From: Eledone cirrhosa
Taxonomy: Eukaryota
Assembly: GCA_964016885.1 (NCBI GenBank)
Contig: OZ024741.1
Span: 386,756,001 to 386,820,000 of the forward strand
DNA: 64,000 nucleotides
Direction of reading: 5' to 3'
Below are positions 11,725 to 25,559 of this stretch, one piece after another. Numbering within the stretch: position 1 is the first letter of the stretch; every line of letters starts with the position of its first letter. A program made the position numbers and the translations under genes. Below the pieces are notes generated by a model that saw nothing but the letters and a program-made list of their open reading frames with translations, was not told the DNA's origin and did no database searches.

Positions 11725-14700
11725 ATGACCTCACTCAGAATAGGCAGCATAAATGCGCGTGGCTTGGGGTCGTCATGGAAGCAGGGTCACCTGCTCAACG
11801 ACCTCAGGTCACTAAACATAGATGTAGTGGCCATCAGCGAGACCAGAATCTCCGAAGCACGGGCTTTCGCACCGATCTTCGGCGGCTACGATGTGTACGC
11901 ATCTCCCAGCCGTCCTGGATCGGGTGGAGGAGTTGCTGTGCTTTTTCGGAGAGGTTTGGATCTCGCCATACGGGCCATCTTCCTGGACCCAGAGGGTAAG
12001 CTGGTGGTGCTGAACGTGACCAGCGGAGACGGGCAAGCTTTCAGGCTAGTGGCCGTCTATGCCCCGACAGGAGCAGGGCGGCCTGATTTCTTCCGGCGTC
12101 TGGAGACCTTTCTTGGAACGTCCCGCTCTTTAGTGTTAGTGGGCGACTGGAACGGGATCTTAGATGCACGCTGGGATTGTGTGGGATTAGTGGATAGGGA
12201 AGGAGGGTGCAAGAGTCTCACCAACCTACTCAGACGTTTTGAACTGTCTGACAGGTACCGAATGGATTTCCCGAATGTACCAATGTGGACTTGGACAAAT
12301 CGCATAGGGTCATCCAGATCATATCTAGATAGAGTATTTTGTAGGGAAATAGATAGGTCTAGCATAGGCTGTCCACAATTCAAGATAGTCAGCTACACGG
12401 ACCACAAATTCGTGACCTGTGTGCTTGACTTAGATAGGCTTCATAGACGAGGACCCGGCTACTGGAAGCTAAACGCGTCCTTACCAGCGCGCAAGGCCTA
12501 CAGAGACCGGATTAGCGAACTAGTTAAGCGGGCGTTGACGGGGGCCATCGTCAACAACAAGTGGTGGTTTGCTCTGAAAAGAGCGATTAGAATAGAATCG
12601 ATTAGGTTTAGTAAGGCTTTAGCAATAGAGAAAAATAGAGCAGAGGGAGAACTAGTTAGAAAATTAGATGAGGCGCTTAGCAAAGGCATCGCGACCGACG
12701 TGCTTGCGGCGAAATTGGCCCTTGACCAATTCTTCAATGCAAAGCACGAAGGCTGCGTTGTCAGAGCTAGGGTGCGTGCTCTCAGACACGAGGGGACGAA
12801 AGCCGTTCAATGGGCCCGAGTGGCGGAGGCGCGTCGTGGCAACAAAGCCACGATCCGGTCTTTGGTGGACCACGACGGGCGCATGCTACTCGATCCCGGG
12901 CAAATGTGTGAAGCTTTTCAGCGACACTTCGCTCAGCTGTTCGGGGGCAGCGGTGGGCCGGGTAGAGGGATGGACTTTAGTGTCTACCTCGACGGACTGC
13001 CGCGGCTCTCGGCCACTGAGGCAAGTGTTGCGAAAAGCCGATAACAGCCGCTGAAGTAAGGGAGGCAATGACTGGCTGCACAAGGGGTAAATCGCCTGGT
13101 TTGGATGGTCTGCCCTATGAACTTTACGTACAGATGCCAGACTTGTTCGGAGGCCTCTTGGCGGACGTCTACTGCAACTGGCAACAGAACGGGAGAATTC
13201 CCAGTTCTGTGAGCCGAGGAGCGGTGGCACTGCTGAGAAAGGATCCGAACAAGGGGGATAACATAGATAATTTTAGGCCCATAACTCTGCTAAACACAGA
13301 GTTTAAGATTTTGGCCAAGGTGCTAGCAAAGAGGTTGGCGCTTGTCGTTGGTGGTCTGGTGGGAGAGGCGCAGACATGCGCCATTCCCGACAGATCCATC
13401 CACGACAACCTCCACCTCATGCGATACATCGTAGAGAGGGTAGCTAGGGAACCTGGCACGGGTGGGTCCTTGATCAATTTAGATCAGTCGAAAGCTTTCG
13501 ATAGGGTCGACCATCGTTACCTAGCGGCAGTCCTGAGGGCGGCTGGCTTTGGGCCCGTCTTCAGAGGCTGGATCGCTGCCATGCACAGCGACATCTGCTC
13601 TGTGGTGAGAGTGAACGGTCACCTGTCGGAACCGTTCAACATCATGCGCTCGGTCCGCCAAGGATGTCCCCTCTCGTCCCTCTTGTACGTATTGACTCTC
13701 GAGCCATTACTGCACAAACTGGAGACGTTGAGGGGAGTCCCGCGCGAACTAGGATGCGGAAGATCCGTGTCAGCATATGCGGACGATGTCACCGTAGTGG
13801 TGTCGAACGCCAAACACATCGAGGCGATCGGCACTACACTAAGAGAATACGAAGCGGTAACAGGAGCAATGATCAACCGGGAAAAGTCAGTGGGCCTGCA
13901 GCTCGGCACCTGGAGAGGCAGGTCCATGCCGTCCAACAGCGTCGTCGGACGCTGGACGGACGGACCGGTTAAATTGCTAGGGGTCTGGTTCGGTCCGGAC
14001 CTCCAGACGGACAAAAACTGGGACGAGGTGACGAGCAGGGTGGCTTCTCTCACCCAGAAATGGGCGGAGAGGAAGCTATCCCTGAAAGGTCGAGCGGAGG
14101 TGGCTAACGCGTACATCGCGTCTGTCATCTGCTACCGCCTGACCGTCGTACCTTGTCCTAAGCCTCGCCTGACTGCGCTGGAGCGTTTGCTCTTTCGCTT
14201 TTTCTGGAAGGGACGTGCTCCGATGGTCAGGCGGTCCATCTGTTGTCAACACCCGCTACGTGGAGGGCTGGGCATGCCGTGGCTGATGATGCGCAGGCAC
14301 GCGCTCAGGCTACGACATCTCCACCTCTTCCTCGACGGTGATCAGGTGTGGTCGCCGTTTGCTAGGCGCGTATTTCCCCAGCTCGTTTCCTTGACGGAGC
14401 TGCAGTCCTGGGTCAAGCGAAGACCGAGAGGGAGCGCCTGGAGACTGGAATGTCTTCAGGCGCTCACAGCCCTCGACCAATCGGGCAATGTGATCGGTGG
14501 AAACTCCACCTCGGCGTTCTATAGAGGATTAGTGGAGGGTAAGAGCGACGACGTACTTGGGGAAACTCTAGGCGTCGACGAAAATCAACTAGCCAATCTC
14601 TTCGGAAGAACTTTCGGGCCGGGGCCTATGGACAACTTCCAGAAATCTCTGGCCTGGCAGTGCTACCGAGGAGCCTTGCCAGTTCGGGATAAACTCTACA

Positions 14701-15143
14701 GGCATGGAGGTGCTGTCAGCCGGGCATGTCCGAGATGCGCGCAGGGCGACGAAACCGTCCTGCACGCACTCGTCCAGTGTCCGAAAATTGCTGACTTGTG
14801 GGTTTATGTCGAACACCTGCTGTCGCGTTTAGGACGGATCCAGCTATCATCTAAGTCCATCGTGAGGATTGCCCCGCCCTCCTCCTTTAGCCGGGAAGGG
14901 CAGGCAGTTTTTATCTGTCTGGTGGCCATGGCGAAAGAGATAGTATGGTGGACACGTTTGAAAGGGCTGAAGACGAGCACTTACCTCTTCGGTGATGCTC
15001 TGATTGACTTTTTCAAATTTCATTTGAAAAGGAAAATCAGAGTAGAGAGGGAAGTGCTCTCTTCCCAGCATTTTGTTGAAAGATGGGTGAGAGAAGCAAG
15101 AATGGCCCGAGTGAATGGGCCTTCTCTGAGTATATATCTGTAA
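11725..15143 (+). pseudogene. LINE ORF2 (AP endonuclease, reverse transcriptase, C-terminal CCHC) with one frameshift near 13025
   Basis: APE motifs SINARGL, SET, VYAP, GDWN, SYLDR, TDH. RT motifs KSPGLDGLP, FRPITLLN, DQSKAFDRV, RQGCPLS, YADD. C-terminal CPRC..ETVLHALVQC. Restoring one base gives EAKCCEKPI, matching EAKFCEKPI in the minus-strand relative. Confidence 0.92.
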
Positions 15144-15402
15144 ATTAAAGGTGGAAAACTGGGAGAGGGCACTTGCCTTGGTGGTCAGGGTCATTGTGGC
15201 TTTTTACTGGGCTTTCTCCACAAATGTCCCTCCGAAGTCTCCCCCCTATTGGGGAATTTTTCATTATTATTTTCATTGTTATTTTTGTTACATCCTCTGT
15301 TTTTGTTTTTTACACGCAGAAATGCCCATTTGTACCGTCCTGCATTGTCCTGCACTGTCCTTAATGTCTACTTTATGTAAACCCTTGTGGTTAATAAAGA
15401 AA

Positions 15403-15439
<37 letters not shown>

Positions 15440-15461
15440 CATTCGTTTTCGTATTTTTCAG

Positions 15462-15726
15462 TCTTACGTCACGTGTACCCTGGGCATCGATTACGTAGGG
15501 TACTGTATGATCACCATGGGTCTGGCTAATGTTCTCAGTTCTGTTATGGTTGCACTCTGTGCCAAATATATTCCCAGAGAAGTGGTACTCGGCTTCGGAG
15601 GGGTCGTACATATCGGACTCATGATTGGATTCCTTATATGGATACCCGAAAAAAATCTGTTAATATTCTTTATCCTGGCAGCATCGTGGGGTGTCTGTGA
15701 TGCAGTTTGGCAGACGCAGTGTAACA
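15462..15726 (+). CDS. UNC-93 family (UNC93A-like) MFS membrane protein, penultimate coding exon
   Basis: Acceptor TTTTTCAG; peptide [17 protein letters not shown]...[13 protein letters not shown] typical of the UNC-93 C-terminal half; donor A|GTAAGT (phase 1). Confidence 0.85.
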
Positions 15727-15951
15727 GTAAGTAGCAATTTCAATCTTTTATACGAGTATATATATATATATATATATACAGCTATACATACGAGTATATA
15801 TATATATGCATATATACAGCTATACATACGAGTATATAAATATATATATACATACATACGAGTATATATATATGTATATATACAGGTATACACAGGTATA
15901 CATACGAGTATATATATATATATATATGATATATATATATATATATATATA

Positions 15952-16080
<129 letters not shown>

Positions 16081-16102
16081 TATATATATGATATATATAT
16101 GA

Positions 16103-16283
16103 TAACGCATGGACCATAACGCACCAAAGTACTCAATACTTAGGGTAGTAGAGTGGGTAATAGGAACGAGTAGGACCCCGACGGCTGAGCTCAAGCGGTT
16201 TCGACGGCTAATTCTGGACTAATTCCAGAATTAGCCGTCGAAACGGCTTGAGCTCAGCCGTCGGGGTCCTACTCGTTCCTATA
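16103..16283. mobile_element. Short palindromic retroelement-like repeat. Copies at 17453-17620, 23662-23722, 55881-55942, 59431-59545
   Basis: Shared GACCCCGACGGCTGAGCTCAAGCCGTTTCGACGGCTA core, inverted-duplicated in two copies, always next to (AT)n. Confidence 0.7.
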
Positions 16284-16523
16284 TATATATATATATGTGT
16301 GTGTGTTCCTTCTTTTCACTCACTCATTCACACATATAACTCATATGCACACGCATACGTATAAACACACTCACACTCACATATACATACTCATAATCAC
16401 TCCCTATTTTCAATCTATATGTCTTTCACGTTCACCATTATATATGTGGGGGCGTGTATGTGTCTATGTGTGTGTGTATATACACTTATATGCATATACA
16501 CTTACACACACACATATATATAC

Positions 16524-16609
<86 letters not shown>

Positions 16610-16675
16610 TTATACACACACACACATATATATATATACGTATATATATATACTTATATGCATATATATATGTAT

Positions 16676-16778
<103 letters not shown>

Positions 16779-17380
16779 TATTATATTTGCATATATATAT
16801 ATACATACATACATACACACATACATGCATACATACATACATACATACATACATACATACATACATACATACATACATACATACATACGTATAATCTGAG
16901 AGAGAGGGGGGAGAGAGGGGAGGGGCGCGATGGGAGAGGACAGGGAGTAGGGTTAGAGAGGAAACAAAGGAGACAGCTTTTGACAATGGCAGAGAAGAGA
17001 AGCTAGCTGTAGGGTGTATTTCAAGACGTTGATGTGTTCTGTTGGCGCGTGCCGCATGGTATTTCAAGACGTGTATTGAATAATAGGAAATCTAGATGTC
17101 GAACGAGGTGGCTGGCCAACCATAGATAATGAATTCCGTATTTCAGATTGTCTATTTCATACAAAAGGTTCCTGGTAATCCGTTTGCTTCTTAGAAACAT
17201 TTCACAAATTTACATATATACATAGAAAGCCTAGTTATATAGTTACATAGTTACATATAAACCTAGTAGATAAGTATAGGTATTTCTCCATGTGTGCATC
17301 TACGATATATAACTATGTAGCAGTTCGACTTATTCCTGCATTACCAGTAGTTTCGTTAGAAGTAAACACTCCTAACGAAG

Positions 17381-17456
<76 letters not shown>

Positions 17457-17723
17457 AACAATTAAGACCCCGACGGCTGAGCTCAAGCCGTTTCGACGGC
17501 TAATTCTGGACGTCCAGAATTAGCCGTCGAAACGGCTTGAGCTCAGCCGTCGGGGTCTTAATTGTTCCTATTACCCACTCTACTACCCTAAGTATTGAGT
17601 ACTTTGGTGCGTTATGGTCGACCTGGTTCCTTACCACATTTCCTTCGTTATATATATATATATATATTTCGTTTCTGAATTTGTTTAGCAAGATTCTTTA
17701 TCTGAAAACGTGTGTTGAAACCG

Positions 17724-18646
17724 ATATTGTTATACTTTGGGAGGGTCATGTTGCCAATAAGAAACACACGCACCAGTTGCTTTCACTTCAATTTATTATA
17801 ATAAATTTATAAATTTAGGAATTTATAAATTTCCGGTTGGTTGGTTGGTTCCACAACCAGATGGTTGTTTATATATTGTTTATATATTATGTCTCGCCAG
17901 TGTTCATTTATCCGTTCATTTATCCGTTCATTTATCCGTATATAGCATTATATGTACTGAAGGACAATGTAGAGACAAAAATATAGTGTACATAGGTGAG
18001 ACAGCTCGTAGTATAGGGGAACGGATAAATGAACAGTGGCGAGACCTTCAAGATAGTAAAGAATCATCTGTACTCTACCAACATGCTAAAATAGAACATA
18101 AGGGTAAATTAGAGAACATAGAAATAAAAATAGAATCTACACACAGAAAAGACGCAATGTTTAGACAAATCACAGAGGCAATAAACATAAATGAATTACA
18201 ACCAAAATTAAATAGAAAACATGAGTGGAACAGCAACATCACAACTTACAATTAAGGACAAAATGAAAACACACACACACATAGAACAAACAACCAACCA
18301 GTAACATCTAAATAAACAAACAAATAAACGAATATAAACACACACAGACACCCGGATGTAACACATGCGCAAACTAAGCACACAACACACACACAAAAAC
18401 AAGATGGCGTAGGACAGAACAAAGGAGAGGCACAAAAAACAAAGAAAAGAATCCCCAGTCACTGAAGAGATCACAGAATGTGTGACGAAAGAACTTTGAC
18501 AATATATAAACAACCATCTGGTTGTGGAACCAACCAACCAACCGGAACTTTATAAATTCCTAAATTTATAAATTTATTATAATAAATTGAAGTGAAAGCA
18601 ACTGGTGCGTGTGTTTCTTATTGGCAACATGACCCTCCCAAAGTAT

Positions 18647-18654
<8 letters not shown>
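17724..18654 (+). mobile_element. Penelope-like element remnant: inverted partial pLTR, GIY-YIG fragment, pLTR
   Basis: VYSIICTEGQC..YIGETARSIGERINEQ..RQITEAINI..LN. 17724-17879 is the reverse complement of 18499-18654. Ends at (AT)n. Confidence 0.88.
18458..18500 (+). ncRNA. Minimal type I hammerhead ribozyme motif
   Basis: Stem I GTCA/TGAC, CTGAAGA, stem II TCACA/TGTGA, GAAA, vestigial stem III, CTT cleavage triplet. Confidence 0.7.
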
Positions 18655-18739
<85 letters not shown>

Positions 18740-18755
18740 CAAAAGAAATATATAT

Positions 18756-19309
18756 AAGCAAAAGAAATCGAAAATGCAACTTGAGTCTTTTTAAGAATAT
18801 TTATTTATTTCCTTTACCGGTTTCACAGTTCTTATGCTTTTCAAAAGTAGTATTGAGATGGAGGGTTTGTGGTTTTTTCGGTTGGTGTTCGAAAGTTCTT
18901 TCTGTTTTATGTGGAAAGAGGCCTCAAACGCGAACTGGCGCGAAATTTGATGTACTTATTCCCGTGACAGTCATCAACCAACCAAATTACACTTATGGAA
19001 AAATAACAATTTGAGCCACATTTTTTAAGGCAAATACAATAAGAACTTTGGAACGCGAACTGGCGCGAAATTTATTTTCGTGACAGTCATCAACCAACCA
19101 AATTTTTTTTTTTTGAAACCCACCAATTCGAGCCACTCTTTCCACATAAAATAGAAAGAACTTTCGGACACTAACCAGATGCGAGAAAAACCATAAACCC
19201 TTCATCTCATTTCTACTTTTGAAAAGCATAAGAACTGTGAAACCAGTAAAGGAAATAAATAAATATTCTTTAAAAGACTCCAGTTGCATTTTCGATTTCT
19301 TTTCCTTAT
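18756..19309. mobile_element. MITE/foldback element with long terminal inverted repeats
   Basis: TAAGCAAAAGAAATCGAAAATGCAAC... matches ...GTTGCATTTTCGATTTCTTTTCCTTA in inverted orientation for well over 120 bp. TA on both sides; no ORF. Confidence 0.8.
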
Positions 19310-19352
19310 ACTTTCACCCGTGTGGGACATCTTTTTTTTATTTAAAAAAACC

Positions 19353-19407
<55 letters not shown>

Positions 19408-19499
19408 GTATAACTCAGCCTACGTTGTTTTGAGTTTCGTCATTTTCTCACATCGGTGACGTAGCTATTACGAGGCGTGTAAAGGCCCCCTCTAAAAAA

Positions 19500-21277
19500 G
19501 CTTAGTCTTCGCAGGTTTGACAAAGTACCAGATTGGTGACTGGTGTGAATACGACCACTGAAACTGAAGAAACTGCAGTATGATGAAGAAAACAAAAAAG
19601 AACCATACGGGAGTCTCCATTTCATGTCGCAAAAACTGTCGGTGGGCTTGCAACCTGTCCAGGGAGGCTTGGGATGGACGCACAAAGATTGCGTATCCCG
19701 ATACCCCAATGAGGGTCCGGAAGGGCATAAACCTTGACAATTGTAACCTGGTACATCACCCCATTACAGGAACTAGTGAAGGAAGCTAGATGCCGCCAAC
19801 TAGATATAGTTGTGGTTTCCTCAGCAAATTTCCGTGGCTCTAACACTGTAGATTTAGATGGAGGATGGAAACTCCACTATTCAGGTGCGGCACCAGAAAT
19901 GATTTCACAAGGGGGAATGGTGATACTCACAAGCCCCTGGAGGTCAGAATGTGTTATGGACTGGATACCGTTAATAGAAGGATTTGCCTCTTGAAGCTTG
20001 GGCTGAAAGATAGGTCTCTGTGTGTGGTGCAAGTTTATACACAAACCAAGAAATGCAGGGAGGTTGTCGAGTCTAAGCTAGCTGATAAACAGTGCGGCTT
20101 TCGCTCTGGACGCAACACAGCCGACTAAATATTCGCACTGTGGCAGGTCTTAGAGAAATCATGGGAGTATTGCCAAGAGGTATATTCTTGTTTTGTTGAC
20201 CTTGAAAAAGCATATGACCACGTTCCTCGGGACCTGGTATAGAAGTATGGGATCGATGGTCAGCTCCTTGTTGTCCTGATTTGAATGTCAGAGCATTTGT
20301 GTTTTGATAAATGTTGCTAAATCGAAACCATTCATTTTGGGAGTCGGACTCCGCCAAGGGACTGTCACCTCTCCTGTTCGTTATTTACATGAACAGGATT
20401 GACATGTCCAGCCAGGTTGTAAGTGGTATCATAACGGGTGGGTGTAAAATCAGTCGGCTGGAATTTGTAGACAACGTGGTGTTACTTAATGCGACAGAAG
20501 GTGATCTCCGACTTGCAGTCGATAGGTTTGATGCCGAGTGCTGCATGGCTAGAATGAAAATCAGTGTTACGAAAACTAAGACACTCGTCCTCTCAAGGAA
20601 GCCTGCTCAATGCACGCTACATGTAAATGGAGTTCCACTGAAGCAGGTAGAGAAGGTCGAGTATCTTGGGGCTGTGTTCATGAGTGAAGGAAGGCAGCAG
20701 GCTGAATTAAGTGTAAGGATTGCAGGAGCTGGTGCAGTAATGTGTCAACTTCAGTATTCGGTAATCAGAAGAAGGGAGGTAGGTATAAAAGCCAAACTCG
20801 CTATCTTCAATTTGATATTCGTGCCAACCCTTACCTATGGTCATGAATCTTGGGTAATGATCGAAAGAACACGATCACGAATACAAACGTCCGAGATAGG
20901 GTTCCTGGGAAGGGTCTTTAGAGTAACATTACTCGATAGAGTGCGTAGCTCAGAGATCATAGAGTTGTTTCAAGTAGAGCCGCTACTTCTCCGAATTGAG
21001 AGACCAAAGTTCCGATACTATGGGTATGGGGTTAGAATGTCTCAGGAACAAATCGCTGGACAGATTTTTTTACAGGCAACACCAACCGGCGAGAGACCCA
21101 GAGGTTGACCCCGAGAACGTTGGTTGGATAATATCCATGAGCTTGGCTGGTCTCACTTCCCCAAATGAGGCCAGCTGGATCAGTTGGAGACGGTTGCTTC
21201 TGACAGAATCCACAGAAAGGAGTATTTGAGGTCTCTGCCCTCACGACACTCTAAGGAATAAATGGGTGAAGAAGAAT
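19500..21277 (+). mobile_element. RTE-clade LINE, degenerate and internally deleted
   Basis: APE start (IVTWYI..ELVKEA..LDIV..GWKLHYSG) is joined near 20045 to RT (QCGFRSGRNT, FVDLEKAYD, LSPLLF, FVDN, YLG, PTLTYGHESW, GERPRG). Ends in a GAAGAAGAA tail. Confidence 0.85.
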
Positions 21278-21821
21278 AAAAATAAACCTCGTATTATGTC
21301 GATTTACTCAACATTACCTCGGTCTGCCAAAAATTTAAACCATAAAAGACACTAAAAAACAATAAAACATAAAATTATATTTAAATAAATGCTAAAATAT
21401 ACTGCATAAAGTAATGTAAGGGATGTTTTTATACACTAAAAAACACAATCTGTCTTATCTAAAATGCCCTCATAGTGTACTATATAGTATACTGTATGTA
21501 CGTTAAAGTTCAGAACTGGGGAATTACTATTAACAGTTTATAGTGGTGGAGTGGGTCAATTCGACATTCGTCGTTTTTCGACTTAAGTCTTGACAATATA
21601 GAACCAAGTAACGACGTAGAGTGAGGTATACCTGTATATATAAATATATATACGGGATGTTTATGAAAAACATTTGAAGGTCTTTCGCTATGAATATTTA
21701 AGGTTGTGACCCTCATCACACATCTAGCCTCAGCAAAAGCAGGAGGAAGTAATCGACAATGCCATCGTTTCTCACTTATTAGTTGTTATCAAGACTACAT
21801 ATTTCAAGGTCACAATATATA

Positions 21822-21922
<101 letters not shown>

Positions 21923-21987
21923 GGTAAACAGAAATAACAACACAATGCGAAGTTATTGTAGATGTTAAAAAGTCCTTTATGGATAAG

Positions 21988-22061
21988 GCTGTGATACATA
22001 TTTCAATGATGTCAGTGGCCACGTGATTCACGTAACCAGTGTCATGATCTCATCAGGCAGC
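21988..22061 (-). ncRNA. Candidate type I hammerhead ribozyme with long stem II
   Basis: Minus strand reads GCTGc CTGATGA ...TGGTTACGTGAATCACGTGGCCA hairpin... GAAA TATGTA TC aCAGC. Confidence 0.55.
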
Positions 22062-22141
22062 TTCATTATGTAATAAGGTAATCCAAACTAAAGCGGCAAG
22101 GGAACAGACAAAGATGTTTTTGAAGCCTTCGTCCATTCCCT

Positions 22142-22187
<46 letters not shown>

Positions 22188-23073
22188 TGTGTGTGTGTGT
22201 GATTGAAAGATCAAAATTGATCATAAAGTTATGCCGAGAATTATCAAAGTCAATTCGCAAATGGAACGAACCGATTCAGCCAAGGTGTAATCCGTTGGGT
22301 AAATAAATCCAAGATATTGTACTGGTGTAAGAATTCCTTCTAAACTTTTGGGTTTATTAAATGCTAGTTGCAGTACCCAGTAATACCCGAGAAAGGTGGG
22401 GTTATTCGCAGTTCCCAGAGTGCGCCTGAAAATGCTAGCGACGCTGGGTGCCCATACTGGATTTTCAATAGCAACCTTTACCAGGTGTGTTATGGCAGAT
22501 AATTTTTTTGTGTGGACCTATCAATAGCTGCTTAAGTCCTTCTTCCATCCTGCTGTCTTCATTCAGAGTGAATAAGCCAAAATTAGATTGTCGTCTGCTT
22601 TGTTTGAAATTCCTTTATGTATATTTCTAATAAGTTGTTGCCTCTTTTTGGAGGACTGAGTTGTGAAAGGAGGAAGGGGTGTAGTGGGAGCAAGGGTTTA
22701 ACATACAGTAGCAGTATCTCCTCTTCCCCCTCTCTCACTGAAACGTCGTCTCTTTCCTCCTCCATTGTAAAGATGTCCCCCAGGGGTTCCATTATTGATT
22801 TTTATTGAAATCCAATTAGCCAGTCCTGTTTTTGAATATTAGCTTAACATGTTTGTAAAGTTTCATCATGATCGGATCACTGGTGTAGGCGCCAACTGGT
22901 TATAAACAGTACACAGATACACAGACAGACATAAATTGCCGTTTATATAGTAGATATATATCGCTGAGTCTTTGCGTGTGTGTCTGTATGTACTCTACTA
23001 TGATATTGTGTACTCCTCGTGATTGGGTATAATATCTATAATATGTATATATATATATATATATTTATTTATT

Positions 23074-23187
<114 letters not shown>

Positions 23188-23554
23188 TACTCCAGCATTG
23201 GATTTTTATTTTAAATCTTTAATTTTTAGTTTTTAACTCCTTTTTAACTTTTTATTTCAATACTCAACATTTTATAAGATCAATTTTAATAATACATCGA
23301 AATCGGTAATACTTTATATACATTATATACTTTATATACTTTATATACATTATATACTTTATATACTTTATATACATTATATACTTTATATACATTATAT
23401 ACTTTATAAAACTTTTTTTAAAAAAGAATTGTCCCTCTCACTTTTTCAGTAATGTTATCTTTTCAATAATGTCCCTTTGACGAATCAAAGAAAAGATAAA
23501 AAAAAAAAGAAAAATAGACCCTTAAATATATTTTCCGTGCTATTTCCAACTTCG

Positions 23555-23661
<107 letters not shown>

Positions 23662-23794
23662 CTAGCTGTCGAAACGGCCGGAGCTCAGCCGTCGGGGTCC
23701 TGACACTTTTCCTATTACCAACTCAATAATAACAACACAATCGATACATGGAAGGGATATATTAGGTTAACACTTGAAATAACCAGGAAGAGGG

Positions 23795-23830
23795 TCTTAA
23801 CGTTACGGACGTTAGTCCTTCATCAGAAGA
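23795..23830 (-). ncRNA. Degenerate minimal hammerhead motif
   Basis: Minus strand reads TCTT CTGATGA A GGAC taac GTCC GtAA CG TT AAGA; one substitution in the GAAA box. Confidence 0.5.
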
Positions 23831-23902
23831 AAGAATGAGAAATAAGATAGATTGAGGGGACGGGCGGGTTGGAATTGGAAAAAATATATATATATATGTG
23901 TG

Positions 23903-23939
<37 letters not shown>

Positions 23940-24734
23940 AATTACCCTTGTTCATATTACCTCTAAAACGTTTACATTTTAATGGTTGGAACAGACCTCC
24001 GTCGCTTTCGTCGATGAGTGTACCAGCTGTCTGATCAACAGAACAAACTGGTCAGAAATTAACGTGTTAATTGCTGAGTGTTCAACATTCCTCAGACACA
24101 TGTACTCTTAAGGGAGATTCGGCATGTTCCAGTGAGTGACTTCCAATTTCACTCGCAAGTCTTGAGTCGATCTGGGGTCAGTCAATGGTAGATGAAACAT
24201 TTCTGTGGAATCATTTATAAATTAAGTATCTTAGTGCAGTTCTTCTCTGAAGCAACACAGATTTTACTGGGTGATATTATATCCTTTTTTGATCTTTCCG
24301 CATTAAGTGTGAAGTCTTATAGATGATATTCCGAGTCTATAGATTTTCCTGATAATTTTAGATAGGTTTGATGTTTTATTCCCAGATCAATAAGAGTTTT
24401 AAGCACTGCTGCAATTTTAAATCTATCGATAAAAACTAAACACATTGGTTGTCTATATTATCCGTGTTTCGGAATAACTTATTTCCTGACCTATAAATGA
24501 TCAGTTGTTGAAACAAACCTCCTCTAAAGTCTGCTTGTTCCCTTGGTTGACTGAAGTCTAAGACAGAGATTTGTAAACACTATGGTGAATAGTTTACAAG
24601 CGTTAGTCAGGAGGATATTGTGTTCTGCAATTTTTAAGATCTGTAATGTCAGCTTTCTTGTATAAAGGTATGATGCTGGCGTTTTTACAGCTGTTGGCGA
24701 TTTCATTCGATTCGGTTGTATTTTAGTGAAGAGC

Positions 24735-24966
24735 CTGCTACCTGCCTACAAACCTGGTCCCCTCCTTCTTCAGAGACCTGCTACTTTCTCAGAAACTGGG
24801 TCTCCCCTTTCTTCAAAGATCTGCTACCTGCCCACAAACTGGTTTCCCTCCTACAAAGATCTGCTATCTGCCCTAAAACTAAGTCCTCTCCTTCTTCAAA
24901 GATCTGCTACCTGTCCACAAACAGGATCCCCTTCTTCTTCGAAGTTCTGCTACATGTCCAAAAACT
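24735..24966. repeat. Imperfect minisatellite, unit about 41-43 bp, about 6 units
   Basis: Recurring CTGCTACCTGCCCACAAAC...CCCTTCTTCAAAGAT. Confidence 0.75.
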
Positions 24967-25559
24967 AATTATTATCAGGCAGTATCAGTAGAGCGTTGAA
25001 CAACGTGCTTTGCAGCATGGAGTTACGGCCCTTTATGTTCTGAGTTCAAATCCCGCTGAAGTTAACTTTGCTTTTCATACTTACGGCGTCGATAAAATAA
25101 AGTACCAGTAATGCATTGGGGTCTATTTAACCGGCTTTCCCCTTCCCTTCAAATTGCTGGCCTTGAGCCAAATATAGAAACAATTATTATTATTATGCTA
25201 GGAGTTACGACTGGCTGAGAGTATCAGCAAGGGAAAGACTAATGGAAACAATGTTTCCTTGGCCCCATTTGACGAATTCCTCCCCACTCGAATGAGGTCT
25301 GGGATCTTATCGATTGACCGATGAATAATCTATATATAAATTTCTGCGATTCTGTTACAACACGTAAAGAGAGGGATGAGTAGTTTGACTACGTCATACT
25401 ACTCCTCCCTCTTTACTACAAAAACAGGGTGCTGCTACTACTGTTGCTATGACTACCTCATACTACTCCTTTCTCTTTATATCTGATGTAAGAAATAACA
25501 GGCAATCAGTGGAGAATATAAAAATATTATAAACATTGGTTTTCTGGAATGTTGTCAAG

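Larger units (their letters stand above)
9378..15404 (+). mobile_element. Apparently full-length Tx1/L1-clade non-LTR retrotransposon
   Basis: 5'UTR, ORF1, ORF2 (APE-RT-CCHC) and a 3'UTR ending CCCTTGTGGTTAATAAAGAAATC, with (ATT)n on both sides. Confidence 0.95.

Noticed and set aside
13169-14128. Antisense ORFs within Tx1 ORF2
   Set aside because: Expected shadow frames of a GC-richer coding region, with no recognisable motifs.
15387-15461. N-terminal part of ORF 15387-15734 (and likewise 26600-26747)
   Set aside because: LINE tail, ATT repeat and intron read in frame; the exons start at the AG acceptors.
1-15461. Upstream exons of the UNC-93 gene
   Set aside because: None recognised; they probably lie before the window, though a short exon could have been missed.
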